Origin: Spartobacteria bacterium
Lineage (GTDB): Bacteria > Verrucomicrobiota > Verrucomicrobiia > Chthoniobacterales > Terrimicrobiaceae
Length of the DNA stretch: 50,929 nt
Direction: 5' to 3'
Assembly: GCA_046093785.1 (NCBI GenBank)
Contig: JBJTGE010000021.1
Coordinates: 1-50,929 of the forward strand
Shown: one piece after another, positions 44,550-50,929 of the stretch
How the letters are laid out: each line of letters opens with the position of its first letter
Numbering within the stretch: the stretch's first letter is position 1
Made by a program: the position numbers and the translations under genes
The notes under the pieces: generated by a model
Seen by the model: only the letters and a program-made list of their open reading frames with translations
What the model was told of the DNA's origin: nothing
The model's database searches: none

Positions 44550-45809
44550 TCAGGCGGCGGGAGTTTTTTGTGTAGCCTGTGCCGCCGCGAGGATGCGCTG
44601 TCCGGTTTCGATATCGGAGCCAAGTGCCTCGGCGATGTCCTCCGCGCCGGCCAATTGAATGACCTCGATGGAATTCATGCCGCCGGCTGTGAGCTTGAGG
44701 GCGTCCTCTTCGGAGATGCCGAGAATTTCCGCAAGCGAGTGGGCGGCTTCGTCGGTCTTGTGCTTGAGGGCTTTTTCCTCGCGCTTGTCTTCCTGGATAT
44801 CGACCTCCCAGCCGCACATTTTGGCTGTGAGGCGGGCGTTTTGACCCTTGCGGCCGATGGCCACCGAGAGGTCTTCCTTCGGCACGAGAACCTGAATGGT
44901 TTTCTTCGCCTCGTCGGCGGTGATGGATTTGATATTCGCCGGTTTGAGCGCGGCGCTCACGAACTTGAGCGGGTCGGCATCCCAGCGGATGATGTCCACT
45001 TTTTCATTGTTGAGTTCGCGGACGATGTTTTTGACGCGGGCTCCGCGCATGCCAACACAGGCACCAACTGGATCCACCTTGGGATCGGCACTGTGAACGG
45101 CGACCTTCGTGCGGAAACCGGCCTCGCGGGCGAGGACTTTCAGCTCCACCGTGCGGTCGGCAATCTCGCTGACCTCGAGCTCGAAAAGTCGGCGCACAAA
45201 ATTCGGATGGCTGCGGGACAGGATGATTTCCGGTCCGCGATTGCCGCTCTCCACCGCGACCACATAGGCGCGCAGGCGGTCGCCGACATTGTATTCCTCG
45301 GTGAGCACACGCTCGCGGGATGGCATGACGCCTTCGAATTTGCCGAGATCGACGATCACATCGGAGCGCTCGAAGCGGCGAACCGTGCCGGTCACAATCT
45401 CGCCGGCGCGATCCTTGAACTCGTCGTAAATCATTTCCCGCTCGATCTGGCGGAGGCGCTGGTTGATCGCCTGACGGGCCGCCTGGGCGGCGATGCGACC
45501 GAAATCGCGCGGCGTCACCTCGACCTCGATCTCCTCGCCCGGCTGGGCGTCGGCTTTGATGGCGCGGGCCTTGGAAAGCAGAATCTCGTCGTGCGGACTC
45601 GTGACTTTTTCAGCCACGATCAGCTTGGCCATGGCGCGAATGGCGCCGCTTTGAGGATTGATCTCGATGCGGAGCTCGCGGGTGCCCGAGGTGAAACTTT
45701 TCTTCGAAGCCGCCAGGATGGATGTGGAAATGGCATCCACGAGGACATCGCGTTTGATGCCCTTCTCACGCTCCAGCAGGTCCAGCATTGTGATGAGTTC
45801 GGAATTCAT
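44550..45809 (-). CDS. nusA: Transcription termination/antitermination factor NusA
   Basis: MNSELITMLDLLEREKGI, an S1 domain, and KH domains (GACVGMRGARV, AIGRKGQNARL). Confidence 0.95.
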   Translation of the reverse strand: MNSELITMLDLLEREKGIKRDVLVDAISTSILAASKKSFTSGTRELRIEINPQSGAIRAMAKLIVAEKVTSPHDEILLSKARAIKADAQPGEEIEVEVTPRDFGRIAAQAARQAINQRLRQIEREMIYDEFKDRAGEIVTGTVRRFERSDVIVDLGKFEGVMPSRERVLTEEYNVGDRLRAYVVAVESGNRGPEIILSRSHPNFVRRLFELEVSEIADRTVELKVLAREAGFRTKVAVHSADPKVDPVGACVGMRGARVKNIVRELNNEKVDIIRWDADPLKFVSAALKPANIKSITADEAKKTIQVLVPKEDLSVAIGRKGQNARLTAKMCGWEVDIQEDKREEKALKHKTDEAAHSLAEILGISEEDALKLTAGGMNSIEVIQLAGAEDIAEALGSDIETGQRILAAAQATQKTPAA

Positions 45810-45998
45810 AAAATCGTTTCTGCCGAAACAGAAAGCGACGAGCTGTGGCTACAGCGCTTTCCCGTTCGGAATCGGACACTATGGCGAGTGATCCAAGTCG
45901 GGTCAAGCGGCAAGGGCATTAATTTGAACCCGAAATCACCGTCAAGCTACAGGGCTTGGAGTTTGCTTTTCGGGGACCCGTTCGGATACATCACCACC

Positions 45999-46508
45999 AT
46001 GCGACTTGCACGGCACGCGGTTCTTTTATGCGCTGGCATCACCTGCCTGATGACCTCAAGCGCGTGCCGGAAAAGCCCCGCGCCATCACTGCCGGAGCTA
46101 CCAACACCCCACCCGGTTTCCAATGCCAAGCCGACGGTGGATTTCACCCGAAAAGCCATCGAAATCCATCGGGCCGCTCAGGAGATGGCGTTGGATGGAT
46201 TTCAATTCGGCAAAAACGAACTCGGCTGGCCTTATGAAGTCGGCGCGGTTTCGTCGGCGGGTTATTTTGAAAAAATGATTGGCCAGGGTTTTCTGTCCCC
46301 CGAGGCGAGTGGCGGGATTGGTCTGGCTTGGAAAATCGCGAACCTGAGCGACGCCGATCCCGGAGAAACGGCCTTTCTTGAACTCGTGCAGCCCGATTCC
46401 AGCGTGCTTCTCATTCGCAAGGACGGGCAATGGGCGGTTTTTCGTGATGAGACAAGTGCGGCGGATTTTGCCAAAGCCCCGCCGCGCGAACCGTTCTGGC
46501 TACCCTGA
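45999..46508 (+). CDS. Hypothetical exported protein, probable lipoprotein
   Basis: MRLARHAVLLCAGITCLMTSSAC signal (non-canonical lipobox SSAC). It is the only coding-looking part of the 1375-aa ORF-track entry 42381-46508, the rest of which is antisense to infB and nusA. Confidence 0.55.
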   Translation: MRLARHAVLLCAGITCLMTSSACRKSPAPSLPELPTPHPVSNAKPTVDFTRKAIEIHRAAQEMALDGFQFGKNELGWPYEVGAVSSAGYFEKMIGQGFLSPEASGGIGLAWKIANLSDADPGETAFLELVQPDSSVLLIRKDGQWAVFRDETSAADFAKAPPREPFWLP

Positions 46509-46924
46509 TGAAGCACCGCATCCCAATTGCTGTTGCGCTGGTTTTTTTGCTGGGAGCGTGCGCGAACCCATCGGGACCCAAACCACCTTCGTCCGGTGCA
46601 TCATGGTTGGGCGCCCTGGGCAAGATTCTCCCCCCGAAAAAACCAAAACCTCCTGCCGCAATGCCAGTCGATTGGGCCGGCACGATCCGCATGGTGAACA
46701 CGGCGGAGAATTTCGTTCTCATCGAATCGGAATCGGCCTCGCCAGTCATTCCCGGCGAGAAATACCTGTCAGTCCAAGACGGACACGAAACGGGAATCCT
46801 GCTCATCACCACCCTCAAGGCGCATCCTTTTCTCATCGCCGATATCGTGAGCGGCCATCCATCCACAGGGGAAAAAATCTACCTTCCCCGACCGGGTTGG
46901 ACGCATGCGCCTCAGCAAAATTAA
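46508..46924 (+). CDS. Hypothetical lipoprotein
   Basis: Signal plus lipobox LLGAC, a Pro/Lys-rich linker, and a ~80-aa C-terminal domain. ATG overlaps the upstream stop by 1 nt. Confidence 0.6.
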   Translation: MKHRIPIAVALVFLLGACANPSGPKPPSSGASWLGALGKILPPKKPKPPAAMPVDWAGTIRMVNTAENFVLIESESASPVIPGEKYLSVQDGHETGILLITTLKAHPFLIADIVSGHPSTGEKIYLPRPGWTHAPQQN

Positions 46925-47005
46925 CGCCTTGCCACAATCGATTTTCTTTTCACCTGCGATTCATTGTTTAACATCACCGCCTCAAGCGCTCGAGCAGCCA
47001 CCTAT

Positions 47006-48886
47006 ATGATACAAAAATTTTTCGCCATCCTTTCCACCGCACTCCTCATCGCAGGGATCCCACTTCTCGCGCAGAATCCCGCCCCCGCTCCGAGGCCCCA
47101 ATTCCAGGATTTGCCGCCGCCTCCACCGCTCCCTCAATTCACTCCCCTGCCCATTCCCTCGAACTCACCGGCCCCGACCGGCACGCCACTCCCGGACGGA
47201 ACGATGCCACTTCCGCTTCCCCCGATGCCAGCCGCGCCGCCACTTCCCACGCAACCGCAGATTTCCAGCGAACTCGCGGCACCCGCGCCCGCACAAGCCG
47301 CCGAGCCGCTTGCTCCAAGTCCCGAGACAGCCGTGCTGCAACAAAGCGCCCGGGTCGCAGTGACAAAGGAAATGGCGACGACCGATTTCTACAAGGCCCT
47401 CAACGAACTCATCGCGAAACAAAAAAATCCCAAGGTTCCCGACCTGAAAATCGAAGACGCCATCCAGACGGCCATCAAACAAAACCCCGACATCCTGGGC
47501 GCCGTCCAGGAACTGAACACCAGCTCGGGCAAGTTCATCAGCATCCGCTCGAGACTCATTCCCCAGGTGTCCGTCAACTCCAATTACGGTTACACCAGCC
47601 GTGAGATCAACGATGTCAATTTCGGCGGAGTAAGCATCAACGACGAGGCCTGGAGCGTGAATGTGGAGTTCTCCCAGCTGATCTATGACGGCGGCGCCGT
47701 GGTTTCGGGCATCCGCGCGGCCCTCTCGGACGAGCAGGAGGCCTACTACCGCCTGCGTGGCGTGATCGACAGTGTCATTTCGCAAGTGAAGATCAATTTC
47801 TTCGAGGTCGTCCTGAACCGCGCCCTCATCATTGCCAACAAGCAATCCGTCGATCTCCTCGCCGAACAGCTCAAAGACCAGCAAAACCGCTACGAGGCCG
47901 GCACCGTGCCCCGCTTCAATGTCCTCCAGGCCGAGGTTGCCCTTGCCAATGCGAAGCCCCCGCTCATCCAGGCCGAGAACAACTACCGCGTCTCGATGTA
48001 TAAACTCGTTCGCCTCCTCGGCATGGACTACCCGCCCGGCTTCCCGAGCGAAGTGCCATTCAATGTCGTCGGCAAACTCGACTACAAGCCTCGCACTTTC
48101 AATTCCGACGAGTCCGTGCGCACTGCGGTGACACGCAACCCCGACCTGAAAGCCCAGCGGCAACTCATCCTCGGCGAGGCCGCGCGCGTGAACCAACAAA
48201 TCGCCGGCTACCTTCCGCAAATCAGCGCCAGTGCGAGGCAGACAAATGAAAGCGACTTCCTCACAAACAACCTCGGCGACATGGTCAACGGCTGGTTTTT
48301 CGGAGTCAAAGGCTCATGGGCCGTCTGGGACGGGCTCCTCACCTACGGCAATGTGAAGAGTGCCAAGGCCCGTATGGAGCAGGCGAAAATCAATTACGAC
48401 AACGGCGTGCGCGAAGTCATCCTTCAAGTCCAACAAGCCATCTCGAAACTCCTCGAGGCCCGCGAAACCGTGGACAGCCAGGAAGCCAGTGTGGTGCAGG
48501 GCGTGGAAGCCCTCCGTCTCGCGCAAGAGCGCCTCGACGCTGGCGCGGGCACACAGCTCGATGTGCTGAACCAACAAACTTCGCTCCTCCAGTCGCAGAC
48601 ATTCCTCCTCCAGGCCTACTACAGCTACATCCAAGGCTTGGCGGAATACGATCGCGCCCTCTCGCTCGACACACGCTTCAAGGACATCTTCGACGATCCG
48701 CTCACCAAGCCGCAGGCGAAGCGCTTCAACAAACTCAACGACCCCGAGCGTCCGCAGGCGAAACTCCCACGCGAATACCGCAAGCAAGATCCACTCAAGC
48801 CGATTCTTGAAAAGGCCCCCGCGCCCTCGCCAACTCCTGCGGCGACCAAGAAAAAATCCGTCGCCGAAACCAAGAAAACCAACTGA
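47006..48886 (+). CDS. TolC-family outer membrane efflux protein with long Pro-rich N-terminal and basic C-terminal extensions
   Basis: Signal peptide MIQKFFAILSTALLIAGIPLLAQ, a ~100-aa Pro-rich tract, then two OEP repeats (coiled-coil and beta-barrel pattern, e.g. RYEAGTVPRFNVLQAEVALANAK and RLDAGAGTQLDVLNQQTSLLQSQ). Confidence 0.8.
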   Translation: MIQKFFAILSTALLIAGIPLLAQNPAPAPRPQFQDLPPPPPLPQFTPLPIPSNSPAPTGTPLPDGTMPLPLPPMPAAPPLPTQPQISSELAAPAPAQAAEPLAPSPETAVLQQSARVAVTKEMATTDFYKALNELIAKQKNPKVPDLKIEDAIQTAIKQNPDILGAVQELNTSSGKFISIRSRLIPQVSVNSNYGYTSREINDVNFGGVSINDEAWSVNVEFSQLIYDGGAVVSGIRAALSDEQEAYYRLRGVIDSVISQVKINFFEVVLNRALIIANKQSVDLLAEQLKDQQNRYEAGTVPRFNVLQAEVALANAKPPLIQAENNYRVSMYKLVRLLGMDYPPGFPSEVPFNVVGKLDYKPRTFNSDESVRTAVTRNPDLKAQRQLILGEAARVNQQIAGYLPQISASARQTNESDFLTNNLGDMVNGWFFGVKGSWAVWDGLLTYGNVKSAKARMEQAKINYDNGVREVILQVQQAISKLLEARETVDSQEASVVQGVEALRLAQERLDAGAGTQLDVLNQQTSLLQSQTFLLQAYYSYIQGLAEYDRALSLDTRFKDIFDDPLTKPQAKRFNKLNDPERPQAKLPREYRKQDPLKPILEKAPAPSPTPAATKKKSVAETKKTN

Positions 48887-48915
48887 GCGCCCGCAGACGG
48901 AGCACGCATCGCCAG

Positions 48916-49683
48916 ATGATTCGACGATTCTTATTGGCTGTATTTGTGATGTCATCCCTCGCCGCCCAGGCATCCACCGCCGCCCTGAGCGATTCCCAAG
49001 CACTCGAGATCGGCCGCCGTATTTGGAAAAACGAGTGCGCGGGCACAGTCAGCGGACTCACCTCCTGGAACAAGGGCGAGGAGTTCCCCTCCCTCGGCAT
49101 CGCGCATTTCATCTGGTATCCGGCCGGTCGCACCGGCCCCTTCGAGGAGAGTTGGCCCGGCCTCGCGCGCTTTCTCAAAGCCCAAGGCGTGCCCGTCGAG
49201 GATTGGATGCTCGGCGCGTGCCCGTGGAAAAATCGCGACGCCTTCATGGCAGACCTCGACGGTCCCCGCCTCGCCGCCCTCCGCGCGATGCTTTCCAAAA
49301 CGGTCGCCGCCCAGGCACGATACGCCGCGATGCGCATGGAGTCCGCGCTGCCGAAAATGCTCGCCGCCACCCCGCCCGCCCAACGCGCCAAAATCGAGAC
49401 CAACTTCCGCCGCGTCGCCGCTGAACCGCTCGGCTTCTACGCCCTCATGGACTATGTGAACTTCAAAGGTGAAGGCGTGAACCCCGCCGAGCGATACAAT
49501 GGCGAAGGCTGGGGATTGCTTCAGGTTCTTGAAACCATGCCATCCACCGGAAAACCCCTGCCCGAATTCGCCCGGGCCGCCGACGCCGTCCTGACCCGCC
49601 GCGTTCAAAATGCGCCCCCCGCCCGCAACGAGGCAAAGTGGCTTCCCGGCTGGCGGAACAGGCTCCAAACCTACCTGCAATGA
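48916..49683 (+). CDS. Hypothetical secreted protein
   Basis: Signal peptide MIRRFLLAVFVMSSLAAQA. 255 aa. No family recognised by eye. The stop overlaps the polX start (ATGA). Confidence 0.55.
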   Translation: MIRRFLLAVFVMSSLAAQASTAALSDSQALEIGRRIWKNECAGTVSGLTSWNKGEEFPSLGIAHFIWYPAGRTGPFEESWPGLARFLKAQGVPVEDWMLGACPWKNRDAFMADLDGPRLAALRAMLSKTVAAQARYAAMRMESALPKMLAATPPAQRAKIETNFRRVAAEPLGFYALMDYVNFKGEGVNPAERYNGEGWGLLQVLETMPSTGKPLPEFARAADAVLTRRVQNAPPARNEAKWLPGWRNRLQTYLQ

Positions 49684-50929
49684 ACAAGGACGAAATCGCC
49701 GGAGTCTTCGAAAACATCGCCCGCCTGCTGGAACTCAAAGGCGAGAATCCCTTCAAGGTCCGCGCCTACACCCACGCCGCCCGCGCGCTGGAGACACTCT
49801 CCGAGCCGCTTGAAACCTTGATCGCCGAGGACCGCCTCACCGCTGTCGATGGCATCGGCAAGGCCACGGGTGAAAAAATTGCCGAGCTCTCCACACACGG
49901 CCGCCTCGACTATTACAACAACCTCCGCGAGGAGTTCCCTCCTGACATCCTCACGCTTTTCGACATCCAAGGCCTCGGCGCAAAGAAAATCAAAGTCCTC
50001 TGGGACACCTTGAAAGTCCACTCCGTGACGAATCTCGAGCGCGCCTGCAAGGATGGCTCGGTCGCCACTCTCCCCGGCTTCGGCGAGAAGACGGCCGCAA
50101 ACATCCTCAAAGGCATCGAGCACATGCGCAGCCACGCCGGCGAATTCCGCTTCGGCGATGTCGCCCACACCGCCGAGGGCCTCTTGGACGACCTGCGCGG
50201 GCACCCGGATGTCAACCTCGCCCAGATCGCCGGCAGCTTCCGACGGAAAAAAGAAATCGTCCGCGACCTCGACTTCATTGTTTCCACAAAAAATCCCGAG
50301 GCCGTCATGGCATTCTTCACCGCCCATCCGCTGGTGGAAAATGTCCTCGCCCACGGCGCCACAAAATCCAGCGTGATCCTCAAGAGCGGCATCCAGTGCG
50401 ACCTGCGCGCTGTGACGGGCCCCGAGTTTCCGTTCGCCTTGAATTATTTCACCGGCAGCAAGGAGCACAATGTCCGCATGCGCTCCCGCGCCCTCTCGCG
50501 GGGCTGGTCTCTCAACGAATACCGCTTCAGCGCCGCCGAGGGACGCGAACTCCTGCAGCCCCTGCCTGAAATCCACGAGGAGGCGGACATCTACCGCGCC
50601 CTCGACCTCGATCCCGTGGAACCCGAACTCCGCGAGGACCGGGGCGAAATCGATGCCGCCGAGAGGCACAAACTCCCGCACCTCATCGAGTGGAGCAACC
50701 TGCGCGGCACATTCCACAATCACACGACCGCGAGCGATGGCCGCGCCACGCTCGAAGACATGGTCGCCGCCGCCAAGGAACTGGGACTCGAATACCTCGG
50801 CATCGCCGACCACTCGAAGGCCTCGTTCCAAGCAAACGGCCTCGACGAGACAAGCCTCGCCGCCCAAGTCGCCCGCATCGCGGAACTCAACGCCGCCGAC
50901 AGCGATTTCCGCATCTTCGCCGGCACCGA
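49680..50929 (+). CDS. polX: DNA polymerase X family protein with C-terminal PHP domain (3' end beyond window)
   Basis: Absent from the ORF track (no stop in window). Hand translation from ATG 49680: MNKDEIAGVFENIARLLELKGENPFKVRAYTHAARALETL, HhH motifs GIGKATGEKI and LPGFGEKTAANI, nucleotidyltransferase GSFRRKKEIVRDLDF, start of PHP GTFHNHTTASDG. The listed minus ORF 49671-50867 is its antisense shadow. Confidence 0.85.
   Translation, partial: MNKDEIAGVFENIARLLELKGENPFKVRAYTHAARALETLSEPLETLIAEDRLTAVDGIGKATGEKIAELSTHGRLDYYNNLREEFPPDILTLFDIQGLGAKKIKVLWDTLKVHSVTNLERACKDGSVATLPGFGEKTAANILKGIEHMRSHAGEFRFGDVAHTAEGLLDDLRGHPDVNLAQIAGSFRRKKEIVRDLDFIVSTKNPEAVMAFFTAHPLVENVLAHGATKSSVILKSGIQCDLRAVTGPEFPFALNYFTGSKEHNVRMRSRALSRGWSLNEYRFSAAEGRELLQPLPEIHEEADIYRALDLDPVEPELREDRGEIDAAERHKLPHLIEWSNLRGTFHNHTTASDGRATLEDMVAAAKELGLEYLGIADHSKASFQANGLDETSLAAQVARIAELNAADSDFRIFAGT

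Noticed and set aside
42381-46508. A 1375-aa ORF on the + strand, the longest in the track.
   Set aside because: It runs antisense to infB and nusA, which have unmistakable motifs. Its composition is Gly/Ala/Arg/Asp-rich low-complexity, typical of shadow ORFs in GC-rich DNA. Only its last 169 codons (45999-46508, with a signal peptide) look like a real gene and are annotated separately.
1-50929. Searched for mobile elements (transposase, integrase, phage genes), CRISPR arrays, and tRNA or rRNA genes.
   Set aside because: None found by eye. There are no T-loop-like GGTTCGAATCC motifs in intergenic DNA, no regularly spaced repeats and no recombinase-like ORFs. A tRNAscan or Infernal run would be needed for certainty about small RNAs.

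Overview
Gene-dense, high-GC chromosomal segment from a diderm bacterium. The diderm call rests on lipobox lipoproteins, a TolC-type outer-membrane protein and a LolD-like ATPase. The gene content and a Lys/Ala-repeat histone-like protein would fit a Verrucomicrobia/PVC-type genome, but that is only a guess. I call 45 protein-coding genes. I found no rRNA or tRNA genes, no CRISPR array and no transposase or integrase. Most of the content is core housekeeping. Left to right: recR (partial, hand-translated), an orphan ABC ATPase, citrate synthase, an L,D-transpeptidase, a serine hydrolase, a TPR protein, argA, a Na+/solute symporter, a small lipoprotein cassette, cysC-cysD-cysN, PIN-PhoH2, a secreted papain-like peptidase, speA, glmS, a DUF2334-like protein, a Tgt fusion, dxr, ispG, rseP, yicC-gmk-coaC, a histone H1/Hc2-like gene, dnaX-ybaB-dcd, a flavoprotein disulfide reductase and a polyprenyl synthase. 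A 12.6 kb same-strand array follows: nusA-infB-rbfA-nrnA-truB-ribF-[ATP-grasp/alpha-E]-[transglutaminase x2]-SDR-polyprenyl synthase. The window ends with two lipoproteins, a TolC-like OMP, a secreted protein and polX (partial, hand-translated). The two most system-like, functionally unresolved items are these. (1) A fused circularly-permuted ATP-grasp/alpha-E gene with two transglutaminase genes, welded by start/stop overlaps onto the end of the nusA-infB-ribF translation operon. (2) A single ORF fusing canonical tRNA-guanine transglycosylase to an MnmC/MnmD-type aminomethyl methyltransferase module. There are also two short GC-rich intergenic repeat families. One looks like an intrinsic terminator and has a nested 30-nt insertion in one copy. 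The other forms ~70-nt direct repeats bracketing an AT-richer lipoprotein cassette. Many long ORFs in the supplied track are antisense shadows of real genes in this GC-rich DNA and were rejected. All homology statements come from motif recognition by eye, with no searches run.
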